The position numbers were made by a program, and so were the translations under genes. The notes below the pieces were generated by a model. It was not told the origin of the DNA and did not search any database. It saw nothing but the letters and a program-made list of their open reading frames with translations. A stretch of 63,959 bases of DNA, filler included, from Lenisia limosa (taxonomy: Eukaryota > Protista > Breviatea), in NCBI GenBank assembly GCA_001655205.1. It is 13 parts of 13 records of this genome, joined end to end, with 100 filler letters (N's around TTAATTAATTAA, not from the genome) between each part and the next. Parts side by side here need not be neighbours in the genome. Positions count along the whole stretch, not along the records: positions 1 to 13,656 come from LPNZ01009432.1; positions 13,757 to 20,428 come from LPNZ01009393.1; positions 20,529 to 26,128 come from LPNZ01001100.1; 10 more parts are not named here. One strand, written 5' to 3'. Each line of letters starts with the position of its first letter. Positions within the stretch are counted from its first letter, which is position 1. This document shows positions 11,201 to 24,800 of this stretch, one piece after another.

Positions 11201-13530
11201 ATGGAAGCCCAGGATATAACTTGCCCTACCTTGACAGCAACACTCTGGTGGTTTCTCAGCGTTTGAAGAGACGAGATCATTTGGACACATCCCTTTGCTA
11301 GCGCCAAACGTCCGGCCTGGGGTTTGAGATTGGAAATTTATGAATTTTTGAGGGGAGTGTGTGTTATTTCAGTACTTCTTGAAATATATATGTATATATA
11401 TGCCACAAAGGTTAAAAACAACAAAATAACACAATGCCCAAGCAAAGAATGGAGGTTTCTTGTGTGAAAGGTGATGAGCTATCTTTTCTCAAAGGCAAAC
11501 AGCAAAAGCTATACCGTCAATAAGAATTACACCCCTTACCGGATGTGTAGAGACCCATGAGGTTTGGTGTCCTGATGCCTCAAAAGCTGCTTCCAAAACA
11601 GTTAACATAACCGAAACTTTACTCTGAAAAAGTAAAACATAATTTTCTTCATTTTGAAAGATATTTACATCTAAATGAGACAAATGTCTTCAAGGAGATA
11701 ATACTATGAACATACTGGAGGAAGTGATTTTGGAATCAAGGTGGGAGAGGGGGCAGGGGCAGAAGCGGGATTTCCCTGAATAATTGTAAGTGATAATAAT
11801 TACCACAAAAACTTGGGCTGATACTAAAAAGACTTGAATAGTAATATCAATACAAGATTTTATCGAAAATATAAGGGTTATTGTCATTTTGAAGTGTAGG
11901 CCTAATACAGTAACAGTACTAAAATAATACCCAAATAGAACTTCATTTGTTTCCAAAAGAATGGGCAACAATTCCCCTTCCCCAAAAACAACACAGCTAT
12001 GTAAATTTGAAATGAGGAAAAAGAAAATTTATAAAATTCAAAAAAGAGACCAGCTAGAAATCCAAGTAATGCTCACGAAAATATCTTTGTGCATCCATTG
12101 CTGTTTGAACGTCTTGCCGACACTTGACGTCTTAATCTCCAGATACTTCTCATAGGGATACTTAATTGTAAGTCTTAATATAGAGGGGTTTAACTTGAAT
12201 TGTTTGTCTTGATGTCACTCCCTCCCCTCATACCTCTAAAACAAGTTCCGGGTCAGAAAGGGCTTGGACAACAGAAGGGGCGAGGTTGAGGGGACGGTTC
12301 ACTGCACCCCAGCCGCAGTCTTTGGGGTTAGAAATGAGAACAGTTAGACAGAGGTTCTGAGTCAAGTTGTTCACTTTAGTACGCAAGATTTAGAGATGCG
12401 AAAAGAAACACGGGGGTAATTGGCAGAAGCAGTCCGCCCATCACGCTTATAAGACATTATTGGAGAAATTTTTCACCCAATCTGAAAGTAATACCATACC
12501 GTGATAAGAGGTAATGGATTATAACTGTGAATTTGTATGTTAAAATAAAGCTGAGACTGCAATCCGCACCATCACGCTAACAAGAGATATGGATTAGTAT
12601 ACGATATAAAATATGAAGAAGAAGAATACCCCATATGTCAAAGCCCACAACGCACCATGAAGCCCGTGGCCCAAATTAGGGTGAAGCTTGGGGACACTAG
12701 ACCACTCAGCCAGCCGACACCGGTGGTGGAACTCCCATTCCTGTAAAAGTAAAACGGGCTTAAAATCTCAAAACGACTCAATCCACTCTGGGGTGGAGAT
12801 GACTCTGATTTCTAAAAAAATATGAATAGAGGAGTGAGGCGGGAGAGTTGAATTTCTCAAATATAAACGAACACCCTCGGGGTGTATTTTTTGCGCAAGC
12901 TAAAAAGAGGCCCACCTGCTGCATTACGGTGGCACGGGCTCGGAGGTGACGGAACTCGGCATCCGCTTCCGAAGGGAAGGCCATTGCAGTCCGGGATTCA
13001 GGAACTATGGGGTATTATTAGAGCTTCACTTCGGTTCGAAAAAAGACTGAAAATCTCGATAAATCCTTGAAATCTATCGATATTTTACTGGTCTTCGAAC
13101 AGAAGTGAAGCCCTAGGTGTTATATCTTTAAGGAGGGGACATTATAAGGAGTGGGGGTGAATTTATATTATTATCAGGTTTTACACATTAAAAGGGGGAC
13201 AAAGCAACTAGTTTCCAAAAAAAGTGCCATCATTAAATCATCATATGAATCCCTAGATTGTAGTAATTTAATATTTTTACTCTTCTTAACAACACCCCCC
13301 CTCCCTACCAGCTCCATTTTCCGCTCCGGTTGTGTAATCTTCATCATCAGGAACCTCTAAAGAGTTTATTCGGATTTTGTAGAAGTGTTCCCTCTGAACT
13401 TTGAGGCACATGGGGAAGAAGCAGAAAAGGTTGGTGGCGATTATTCAACCCCTCAATACCCCTCTCGTATCCGTAAAGCCAATGAGAAAGCGATCCCAAA
13501 AATGAAAACAAACCTGAAAAACACATGATG
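8300..13530 (-). CDS. Uncharacterised multi-exon gene (possibly more than one gene)
   Basis: Series of AG/GT-bounded open exons, e.g. AFPSEADAEFRHLRARATVMQQ, EWEFHHRCRLAEWSSVPKLHP, YPYEKYLEIKTSSVGKTFKQQW, CFTTVQKHLGSHNNPDRYC, CWAVNRQQGLEIYGGEIYR. No family recognised; ends approximate. Confidence 0.45.
9373..9466. mobile_element. MITE family M1 (~90 bp, TIR GGGCTTCACTTCGGTTCGAAAA)
   Basis: Left GGGCTTCACTTCGGTTCGAAAAAA and right TTTTTTCGAACCGAAGTGAAGCC(T), followed by TA. Confidence 0.9.
9988..10080. repeat. Minisatellite (CAAATGCATTACTACT-like unit, about 5 copies)
   Basis: Direct inspection. Confidence 0.85.
13021..13113. mobile_element. MITE M1 copy, TA on both sides
   Basis: TA|GAGCTTCACTTCGGTTCGAA...CGAACAGAAGTGAAGCCC|TA. 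Confidence 0.9.
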
Positions 13531-13656
13531 AAAAAATAATTGATGATGACAGCAGCATTGAAAGCAGCAGAACAAGGGCTAATGTGACCAATGGTAATCC
13601 AGTCGATTATATCAAACACGCATCACACAATATCATCATTCCTGACCCCCCCCCCC

Positions 13657-13756
13657 NNNNNNNNNNNNNNNNNNNNNNNNNNNNNNNNNNNNNNNNNNNN
13701 TTAATTAATTAANNNNNNNNNNNNNNNNNNNNNNNNNNNNNNNNNNNNNNNNNNNN
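13657..13756. other. Artificial contig spacer (44 N + TTAATTAATTAA + 44 N), first of 12
   Basis: Identical 12-mers (stops in all six frames) at 13701, 20473, 26173, 39422, 43397, 46046, 50403, 52190, 55949, 59338, 61075 and 62697, each embedded in N runs. Confidence 0.97.
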
Positions 13757-13800
13757 AGCCTCCTCGAATCGTTTCGTCTTCGACTTTGATCTGGATATTT

Positions 13801-16800
13801 ATGGCATAGTATTAGAAATTACTCTACTTTTGGTTACTCAGGGGGGTATCTTATAATGTTTTATTTCATTCCCCTGTAGTATACAGGCCCTTCCAGTGGC
13901 AACGTCTCGACAGCTGACGTCTGGACAAGTCATTACGGACGTGGCCAGTATTGTCAAGGTGGGGCCGAGGAGTGTTCATCTGCTTTTTTTTAAGAAGCTG
14001 TACTCACCATCACTTTCAAAAATTATCACTTTGTCATGCATGTCCCTTATTTTCAGTGAATGGATAAGTCTTGACCGATTTGCCATATGATTTCCCAAAG
14101 AAAATCGGTCAAGACTTGTCCCGGTCAGTGTATAACNNNNNNNNNNNNNNNNNNNNNNNNNNNNNNNNNNNNNNNNNNNNNNNNNNNNNNNNNNNNNNNN
14201 NNNNNNNNNNNNNNNNNNNNNNNNNNNNNNNNNNNNNNNNNNNNNNNNNNNNNNNNNNNNNNNNNNNNNNNNNNNNNNNNNNNNNNNNNNNNNNNNNNNA
14301 AGTCTCTGTCCACCCCGGCTTGGTGTCTCTCGAGGTCAGTAGGATGACATGGCTTGGTGTATCTCGAGGTCTGGGATGGCATGATGGTTCCCAAAGACTG
14401 AATTCTCAAAAACGCCCCAAGTGGTCTTGTCTTTGGGATGGATTGCACAGTTGTGCCTCATTGGAGAAGGCTGATGAATGTTATCAGTGCTGTTTTTGCA
14501 TTTCATCTTTCATCTCTACCTGATAATATATCAATAATTCAAGTAGCAAACCTTCATTACTACATCTCATACAATTGTAGTAGTGTACCATATGATTGCC
14601 CCAGTATCCTGACGGAATCCTAGGTCTCTGATAATGGGCCTGGAATTGCAGTTGCCGATAGAGACAACATCTGCAAAAGATACAACACAAGTAAACTCAA
14701 AGGTACGACAGAACTATTGGAGTTGGTAACACTTTTACTGTAGATTTCGGCTGCATAGACTGTGTCTCGACCTACGGCTTCCGAGGCGAGGCCCTTAGCT
14801 CCGTCTGTGCTGTGTCACAAGTCTCTATAACTAGTCTGCGGATAAACAGTCGAGTTGGACTATTTGTTTGCCTTCCCATCACAGAATAAGACAACAATGG
14901 ATGATATCCTTGGATGCTAACAAACTCGAATATGATAAATGTAGAATATGGTATGATGTCATCAGTTTTCTATTCGAAACCTCTCATGTAGTTTAGCTCG
15001 AACCAGTTCCGAGCCCATAGCGTTCAAGGCTTCATTTGACCACATGGGATTGCAGTCTCAGGGGTGGGCATTTGAATGGATATAGTTTTCATTCTTATAT
15101 TGAAGTCAACAGCTTTAATTTTGCAGGTTTACGCCTGCGGCAGGCAGAGTCGGCACTTTGATTAAAACTGATCAAATTTTTTCCAACTTCCCCGTGCGAA
15201 GAAAAGTATGATGTGGATTCGTCACCTGTTACCCTAATGGATCAGTTTTAACAAGTGACTGAACTGTGAACTTTGAGGTCTTCATATCCCCCCCCCCGCT
15301 ACTATCACCATCACAAGCTCTTTAAACATGGTAGAATCTCATGAAAACGGCAAGTAAGGCTCTCAAGTTAGTGACTGAAACGTTTAACTCAATTGCCCTG
15401 GCTAACCCTACTGTCAGAATGGTTTTGAGGTTGGCTTGCTTTACTTTGCAGGGGTGCTTTGTAATTGTTGTTTTTTGTTTGTTTTTTATTTTTCATGGAG
15501 ATGAAGGAGAAACACTCATCAGAAGCACATAGATGTTGTATTCTGGCAGTGTTTTTTGTGGTTAAACGACATTTCTCGAGAATTCTCAATATAACATTGA
15601 CACTGTCCCTGAGACTTCAGACTGCCAAAGAAACCCCCCGTCACCAAGCCTTCAGTCATATCGTATAAGGTAAAGGCGAGCAGTCTTTGCTATTGTGATC
15701 CCATAAACTTGGTTGCTAAATTGTCATAAATGGATACGATTGGAACTTGCTATTGTGATCCCATAAACTTGGTTGCTAAATCGTCATAAATTGATACAAT
15801 TGGAACTAAAGGAATCCACTAACTCATTAGGAGGCAGCCGTATCCGTCTTTGGCCCCATTGTCTGCGAAGACCTCCAAGTCGTATCATGGCGACATGTGC
15901 GTATAGATATCGATGCAACACCAGGCTCGTTTGATGAAGGGCATTATTTCCATAAAATACAACACGGTCCTTATTTTCCCTATTAATCTTGTGGTGATTT
16001 CGATTTAGCCGCACATGGTGGTGTCCATTGACGGGCTCGTTTCTAAGTCCGAAAAAGGTTTGTGGAAATTTCAATAATGCAACTCCCACAATACCAATGT
16101 CGCACAAAGTCACATTGTTTAGCCTCGAGGAGTTCATCTGACATGGTCTTTCTTCAGCTCAACAACCGGCCTGTGACTTTGCCCAACGTTGTGAAGACCG
16201 TCACCGCCGTTTGGCGTGCCAGTTCGCCCAATGACTCTCGTTTGGGGGTGCATGATGTGGCTTCATTATCTCGTGACCGGCTTCCCTCTGGTGCATGGCC
16301 AGCTGAAAATTAAAGAAGGAAAACTAAAGACAAAAACAATGCCCGTCAACTCTGAATTCCAATCTGAAATTTTGAAGTGAAATATCGATATACTTTTAGG
16401 GAGTTTATTGTTATATCAGGCAATTGTCACAAGGCCTAATTTTTTGGGGTATTCTAATTGCTGCAAATTCACGTTTCCACTGAGTATTTTCACCGTTTTA
16501 GTTAACTCCAAATTCCCTTTCTCGGTGCTTAACATCCAAGTTCCTCACAATTCCTATGACGGTAAACTGCAATAGGGAAGACACTGGTCTCCTGGTTAAT
16601 TGATCTGACACTTCGGCAAGATGCAACAATTCTTCAAAAACTCCAGGTCTAACATTGTAGTTAATGTAACACCGGACAAGCGCACGGTATTCCTCCACGA
16701 CCCCGTCACTATAGCGGCTGCCTTGTCAGAGGCTCTTCAAACAGTCCTGCCGCCAAGCCCTGAGAAGTCCTTTGCCGTCTTCCAGACCCAATCCGATCCA

Positions 16801-19800
16801 ATGCCCAGTCCCTCAGACGATCTCAAAGCCACACAGATGCCGACCGAGCCTTCCCAAAGAGATCCTTACCAAAGAGAGCCTTCGCCACCGCCGCAGAAGC
16901 GACAGCCTGACCAGGATAAAAGCACCCCGAGCGGTGGGGGGGGGGGGGGCAANNNNNNNNNNNNNNNNNNNNNNNNNNNNNNNNNNNNNNNNNNNNNNNN
17001 NNNNNNNNNNNNNNNNNNNNNNNACTTACTTTATAGCAGCCAAACGACTGCGAAGTATCAACATTGCTGAGTCACCCGCACCTGTTGCCAAGGAGTGGGT
17101 TGCTCAGAATATCCAGGGCTGCGTTGAGTACAAGTTGATATGAATTCATACTTATCACTTGGCATATCAGAGTATAATCTCAGGATAAAGTAGTAACCAA
17201 GTCAGTTACCATTTACTGACCTCAATATGTGTAGGGTGACAGAGTTTCCTTCGCCTGTACAGAACATTACTAAATTCTTTGCCGCTCAGAATCGACATGA
17301 TCCTAATGAGGTGTTTGACACGACCCCCATCCACGGTGGGCATCTCCAACCATTCGCTATGATATTCTGTTCAGGATGTACATACATCATTATGATAATA
17401 TCTAATGTTGGTGAAGAATCTTATCTGGTTCAAAAAGGTTATCTGTTATTTATATAATATAACACATATGCATATCATATAATTATATAGAGTCAAAGCT
17501 CCAGACATCATTCAAAATTCACCGGACACATCAAAGCTCCCGGACACCTTGAGTTTTCCATATAAAATCATCATAAACCCTATTTCCCTTTTATTTTCGA
17601 AAGTAATCTCAATCTTAAGGATGAAACGCCAATTTCACACATTGTCGGGTTAAAACCAAATTAAGTGCCTACACTCTCTGTTTAAGGCCCAAATACTGTC
17701 AAAAACACACAAAACCGTGATAAAAGATCATATTCAAGGAATAAATGGCAAGTGCTATTTTGAGCATTTTTCTCTCAAAATTCACCATTACGTAGCCAAA
17801 GCAAAGGGGGAACCCGGAACCAATTACTCCGAGGGGTACAAATTTTTTCTTTTTTAATACTAAAAGAGGTAAGATTCAAAAAAAATCCTGTGAAAAGGCA
17901 AAAGGGGGACCACCGGGAGACCATATTCACGGATTTTTGACATTTGCTCAGAATTGAAAAAAAAAAAAAAGTTGGGGAACATAGGAGGTCCATTTTTCTA
18001 TGAATCTGTCGAAGCAGTTTTTCAAAAAACACTAACAATGCCCTTTACAAGGTGTCAACTTCAAGCTGTTCGGGAGTTTTGATGTGCCCGGTAAATTTTG
18101 AATGATGTCGGGAGCTTTCAGGACCCACATATAGCTATGCTTATTGTATGATATAATACACTATATGAGATGAACAAAAGATTCACTGATTATCTCACTA
18201 GTGATTCTGACTTCTCAGACATTGCAGAACCCAGCCCAATACATGCCCTTCCGCCACCGCCCATGCCCTGTACCGACTTAGTCGCAGCTGCCCCTGCTCA
18301 CTCCCAAGAACCCTCTCCCCAGGTTTGTATGGCCTTTCTTTAGTGTCCATTGACTTTGCTGTGTACATAGGGGTTGTAGAGCATAAATAATCATCTCAGA
18401 TCCATGAAGCATGATATTTTAAATGAGTAAAATGGTTCTACCAAATCAGTCAGTCTTTTGGACCCCTGATGACCCCCCCCCCCCNNNNNNNNNNNNNNNN
18501 NNNNNNNNNNNNNNNNNNNNNNNNNNNNNNNNNNNNNNNNNNNNNNNNNNNNNNNNNNNNNNNNNNNNNNNNNNNNNNNNNNNNNNNNNGTCAAGGTCAA
18601 AAGTCGAACGTCACAAGTACGACAAATGGCTTCTCAACTGTTCCCAAATCCCATACCGCTCAGCCAAGATGATGAAAGTGGCGATGAAGATCATGAAAAT
18701 CATGAAAGGGACGATGGTGCATCTCCTTCCTACCCTCTTTCCTCTGAAGTTCCCCCTTTTATCAGTCCTGTGCCCCAGACGCCTCACACTCCAATGCAAC
18801 GTCCTGATATTTCTTCCCCTAAACTACTTGATGAAAGATCCCCTGTACCTGAAACTCTGGTGTCTAAACCCCATGAGTTTGTTCCGGACTTCCACGCTGC
18901 ATCTGCCCTACTCCCAAAACCGCTGGAACAAGATCACCTGGTGACGCCACAAAAGCCCACCCCCATCTCTCAGCCTGGTACCCCGGACACCCCCAGAAGT
19001 ACCCCGAAAGACGTGGCTATTCTGGAGGAAGTTGTCGTGGTCGGCCGAATGCTCTGGGTTCCCAAGCCAGCTGATGGCAATGTGGGGGGGGGGGGGNNNN
19101 NNNNNNNNNNNNNNNNNNNNNNNNNNNNNNNNNNNNNNNNNNNNNNNNNNNNNNNNNNNNNNNNNNNNNNNNNNNNNNNNNNNNNGAGGATTTATTGAGA
19201 AATTCTGTCTTTTTTCGAACCAAAGTGAAGCCCCAAGAAGAGTGATTATTGTGACCAGAAATGGTATTATATCATATAGATATGCTTGTCTTTGGAAACG
19301 AATAACTCCTTTAGACTGAAGAGCTGAAGAAGAAGAAACGAAACCCCCTTGTATGGCTCACTCGAGTGGTTGATGATTATCACATATTCTCTCCTGATGA
19401 GTAGGCATCTCTTCTGAAATTATATTATCAAAGTTTAACAGCGCTTCCTTTTCTTCTTGCACATTTTCCAATTCTCAATAAATATTTGCATGATCTGAAG
19501 TACTATATCGATAAATATGACCCCATGCCTCATAGGTACTCCATGCGTATCAGATAGTATAGCTATATATTTATATATGATATATTATGTGATAATCTAC
19601 TGTATGTAGTATTTGTCAGACGCTGACGCGACCCCCGCCAGTGGAAAACTTATAGAATCATATGATATGTAATATGTATATTGGATGACCAACCAAAACC
19701 ATTTCCTCTTTTCACAACACAGAGCGGTCAAAAAACTCAAAAGCTTCGGTTGGTGTGTTCCTAAACCAAAAGATGACTCTAAAGTGGGCGGGGCACTTGT

Positions 19801-20280
19801 GTTCACAATTGCGATTTACTCATTGTGTTATGATTTGATTTTTTTTTTATCCTATTTAGTATATGCGTATAATCAATTGCTGAACAGGCAATATCAATTG
19901 ACCCCATTCAGAAAAATCGACGGTACGGAGTCTCCCTTGAGGAAGTGGAGGTGGGGTTGTAATCAATTAGCTACCTGATGTGTGTTGACCTTTTTATTGT
20001 GTGTTTACCTGCCATTTGGTACGATTTTCTTCGTTCCCCAACCCTTGTGTGTTGTCAGCTAAACGAGTTGATTTGGCCCTTTTTTCCCATAATTTTCCAA
20101 ATATATCCCTCTCGACATTATTCTTCGTCACCCTACCGCTTACTCCTTCTTCTCATCCTCCCTTTCTTTCCCAATTGATATTTAGGCTGGATTCTAGTTC
20201 AATCTATGACCTATGGGTTGATTCAAATGAAGGGTTTATAAAACTACAACTTGTCTGGACTAGGAACGAATTCCTCTCAG
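13801..20280 (+). CDS. PMS1: MutL-family DNA mismatch repair protein, PMS1-type; interrupted by gaps
   Basis: MAYIQALPVATSRQLTSGQVITDVASIVK (exons at 13801 and ~13885-13959); VSDNGPGI...RYNTSKLK; STYGFRGEALSSVC (~14770, GHKL signature); NFPVRRK (~15185); VVNVTPDKRTVFL (16660-16695). The N-terminus resembles vertebrate PMS1 more than PMS2. The 3' end is approximate. Confidence 0.8.
15687..15806. repeat. Tandem duplication, 2 x 60 bp
   Basis: TTGCTATTGTGATCCCATAAACTTGGTTGCTAAAT... repeated with 3 substitutions. Confidence 0.9.
17490..18125. mobile_element. Non-autonomous DNA transposon M3 (~630 bp, ~60 bp TIRs); another TIR at 26229-26278
   Basis: Left GTCAAAGCTCCAGACATCATTCAAAATTCACCGGACACATCAAAGCTCCCGG is the reverse complement of 18070-18123; no coding capacity; sits in an intron of the MutL gene. 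Confidence 0.8.
19186..19233. mobile_element. MITE M1, right half (next to a gap)
   Basis: ...TTTTTTCGAACCAAAGTGAAGCCC. Confidence 0.7.
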
Positions 20281-20659
20281 GTTAGTGGTTCACTTTACCC
20301 GCCCAATTAAATTGGTCTTCTAGTTATTTATTCTGAACATCTGTCCCCATGGGTGTAGGTTTCCCGTTCCTTCTAACCCTCAAGATTGGTCTTTCTGAGC
20401 AATGTGATTTCAAGTAGCTGGACTCATCNNNNNNNNNNNNNNNNNNNNNNNNNNNNNNNNNNNNNNNNNNNNTTAATTAATTAANNNNNNNNNNNNNNNN
20501 NNNNNNNNNNNNNNNNNNNNNNNNNNNNTCCACACAATCATGCTGATAAGAGATATTGGATTATAGTATAATATTAATTCACCCAATCATTTGCCTTACA
20601 AGCTTTCTGCGTGCCTCCCCAGCATACAGCAATATTCTAACACCAGCATCTCACCCCTC

Positions 20660-21367
20660 CCACCAGCATCAATGATACTTGCCATATTGCCTCCCGAAAG
20701 CAGCTCAACAATCAGCCAGATGTGGTTGGCAGTTTCGTACCTGAATAATAGGTAATTCTCTTTTTGATATTTTTGATATTTAATATGCCGCTTGGAAGTT
20801 AGCAGCCATTGTTTCAAGTCGAGAAGGTAGGCAAATGAAAATCAAAAGATCCCATTACTATTCTCTTTTTGCTTTTTAGCACAATTGGGAGGATGTCACC
20901 CTGTGGCTGTTGTATTATGGGGAACAATATGACTATCAGAACTTTTCAATGTTTCTTGTGGAATAGAAGCGAAAAACAGGAGATTTTAACAATTGTTCCA
21001 TACGAGGGCAATGATGTTCTTGCACTAAAATAGTGTCACAATCATTGCACTGGATCCATCGTTTGAAAAAAAATATAATTGCCATAGAGAAAAGTCCTAC
21101 CATGTTTTGAACTGCATCACATTGGGATGGTCAAGCAAATGCAACATTTTCACCTAAACCGGTGTAAGATGCTCGAGAGGTCCCTTAGATCACCCACTTC
21201 GTTGAGGACTCGAGGCTTCTGAGCCTTGTTGACGCTCTTAATCGCAACATAGGAGATTGTCTTCTTTTTTCGGCCCTTATAAACCACACCACGAGGCCCA
21301 CGGCCGACTTCCTCATAAATGTGGAACTAAATTCATAAACTAGACACAGTTGACAAACCTGATTCAT
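20660..21367 (-). CDS. ULK4: ULK4/RUNKEL-type kinase-fold protein, 5' fragment
   Basis: Spliced: MNQ|FHIYEEVGRGPRGVVYKGRKKKTISYVAIKSVNKAQKPRVLNE|VKMLHLLDHPNVMQFKTW|YETANHIWLIVELLSGGNMASIID. Closely follows the RUNKEL/ULK4 N-terminus (VYKGRKKKTI; WYET.NH.W). Confidence 0.85.
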
Positions 21368-21876
21368 GGCTGACTATATATGCTTATATCAAATATTGAC
21401 TTTGTATTATCATATTTACGAGGCTGAAACGCTGTTCAAATTTGCAATATCACCTATAAAGGCTACTTACCTGGGACTGCACCTGAACATTTTACTCCTT
21501 TGAACGCTGCCCCAACCAGGCTGCTTTATAGCACTATGTCTGTTTTTTATTATTGCTATTATTGTTTTATTTGTTAATCCGGTCGGCTTTGGTCCGCAGA
21601 GGTAACTTTTCTCTTGACTCCTTGTGTTTCAAGTTCATTGTTCGAGGTACGTGGGGATTAAGCCCTCTCTGGTTGGAAGATGGTGATAATAGCATGATAA
21701 CATGATTATATTGTACAAATATATATTAAGGTATCTTGTCAAGAATTATGTTACAAGTATATTCCTCAAATCTCCAAGGATTTGGGGCTCTTCTGTTTTT
21801 TTGATACCAGGATACCTTAAACACAACCATGACACGTAATCATTAGTATCCTTTGCTTGATTGATTGTTTTAGGCA

Positions 21877-24800
21877 ATGATGCGCTGGGGAGGTCTGAGT
21901 GGACCGCCCTTCCACCTGAGGGTTGTTGTGGCCGTGCTAGTGGCCGTTTTTACAACCGTGTCCGCGGTTTATTNNNNNNNNNNNNNNNNNNNNNNNNNNN
22001 NNNNNNNNNNNNNNNNNNNNNNNNNNNNNNNNNNNNNNNNNNNNNNNNNNNNNNNNNNNNNNNNNNNNNNNNNNNNNNNNNNNNNNNNNNNNNNNNNNNN
22101 NNNNNNNNNNNNNNNNNNNNNNNNNNNNNNNNNNNNNNCAAGTAAGTTGCGGGGACTAGGGAATAATGTCTCAGCTTAAAATTAACATATATACTGCCAC
22201 TACTCATTTCATTTCCTTTTTTGCTACCTATACAGTCACCGGGATAAGTATTGATAAGTATTAATCACATGGCAAATCGGTCAAGACTTATCCCAGTGAC
22301 TGTACAGTTACCACAATAAGGCCACAAGAGATAAAGCTCAATATCCGTATCATGACTTAGAGTATACGTTGTCAAGAATCCGTGAACTTGAACTTGAACT
22401 TCAATGTATCAATATCTAACGTAATATCATCGCCAGGGAGGAGACGATCTCTTTGTGAAGGCCAATTACGGCCGTCTCGGCACTTGCGTCATGGTGTCGG
22501 CAGTGGCCTTTCTTGTCGCCGCCGTACTGAGTCTCTTTGCAGCTAAAGCATCGTTGAGAGTGGCTATCATCATTGGTGGGAGGATCACAGTTTTGTCCCT
22601 GTTTCGTGTTGGTTAATCAATATTGGTAGGTGGTGGAGTACCATTAGTAATGGGAGTGTAACATTATTATTGTATGTTATTTTATATCATATGATCAGAT
22701 CCATCCCTCATGCAACGTTCTACTTATTGCTTCAAATACACCTCGCTCAAACGACATACTATTGATCGTACATGTACTTTTCACTTCTTACATAATATTA
22801 CGGAGGCATGCAAAAAGCCGTGTGCACAGTAGTAAGGCAAATGATTGGGTGTGTATATTACATATCAATCATCATTATTATTGCGGACGCGACTCACGCC
22901 AAAGTTATCTTGAGCGTCGTTGTTTTCATGACGTCACTGGATTCGGGATCCAACTTTGAGCATCACGGTGCGTTTAACCGTATGGCATTCGTCGGCATCG
23001 TTTTGGCCCTCGGGTTGCCTACGGTCGCGGTTTTAGTCCTGGTTAAGTTGCCAAAAGTTGGTCGGGCTGGGATAAGCGTAGCTGATGGGTATTACACAGT
23101 TGTGCTAAAAATAATATGATATTTTAAAGTATGATTAATATCAATTTGATGTATAAGTTATACAACACACAATTTAACTGAGTAGGTCCGTTCAATTGTT
23201 TTCAACCGGAGATTCTTAGCTGTCTCTGTCATCACCATCACAATCGTTTCTTCTCTGGTAGGTCAACTTCTTGACTTTGTTGGCAGAGTACTAATTCAGT
23301 GTCAAATCAATACTAACTATACAGACATTGGTTAGTTTATCGCATCTTCGGCAGAGCTGGGGAAACGGGCTCTTCAGTTCAATGGACCTACTCTCCGGCT
23401 CTTGCCCCTTAATGTGTATGCAGGCGGTCTTTCTATTCCAACACCCGTAAATTGTTATTATTATGCAATATATAATGATATACAATATTTTATTTTTTTA
23501 TTTCTAAATAATATAGGAAATGTCCATACATACATCAAGGCTGTATTGCCACAATCTAAATACTGCACCTGTCCTAATATCGACTGCATTTCTCTATATA
23601 TCCACGATAAATACAGAAATTTCAATGGTGTTTCCTACGACACCGTGCAATTAGTTTTTGAAGATTAATTGACAAAATTTGAAATTAAAGTGTCTGAAAT
23701 GGAGTTCACATGACTTCAATTTTTGCAATTAATTTTTCAATTAATTACACGGAGCCCTAAAACGTAGATAAGCCCTACAGAATACTCACTGGCTGTAGCC
23801 CCGAGTCCCTATTTCTCCCTGCTCCCTGCCAGGCTTCTCAACTTTTACGACGGTTTTTTGGTGAGTCTGCGACTAAGCCTTCAAATTTGATATCCATGTA
23901 ACGTCCACCCCAGGAATGTTCTGGTTATAAGTACCTTGGTAAAGTTGCATTCGGAAGCAGGGTCGGAAGCGAGGCTCGGTTAGAGATAATGTGTTCCGAT
24001 GCTGTCATCGATATCATGCCGGATTATGTCAGCATGCGAAGCGAATTGCTCTCCATTACCGAAGGTAGGGGGGTCCCGGGGAGGGCTTCACTTCGGTTCA
24101 TAAAAAGACTGAATCTCTCGATAAATTCTCGAAAACCATAGAATATTTTACTGGTATTTTTCGTGAAGCCCTACCCGGGTCTTTTGAAAAAGTTTTGTTT
24201 TCCTCTTCAATCAGCTAACTTCCGGATTGAAGGTGTATCCAACAACTCATTGCTTACACTTCAGACGGGGTGAAACAATCGGCTGATGAACAGATTGTCA
24301 CGGATCGAATTCGTATTTTCCTTGATAAAGTGTGTTTTTTGTCTCCTCATCAGCATTCCTTAAAGGTTATATAGTCATATTTGGCTTGGTCGAAGGGCAA
24401 AAAGAACCTTTTCCGAGCGTGACTTGACTTGTATGATTTAGATTTTTTGTTACAAAGAGTATTATTATCATGATACTGCAATATTTCAAATTCAAGCAAA
24501 AAGTAGTATATTTGTGATATTTTACAACTGCCATCTGTTTTCGTTTTTTTCTTTTCTGACAGTACAGTACCACTATAACACAACAACCCACGCCAAGAAG
24601 GGCGATGTTGTTGACATTGAACATGTCCCGTGGCTCAGGTGAGGGACTACTTCGGCTTTTAACGGGGCTGGTTGCCATTATTTCATAACAATCGATATTC
24701 TACAAATCTATTTATTAGCATGATGATGGACGGCTTCTTCCTGATACAACCTTCAATACTCTTTTTTTAAAATATAAAGAGAATATTTGAAGTAGTATAC

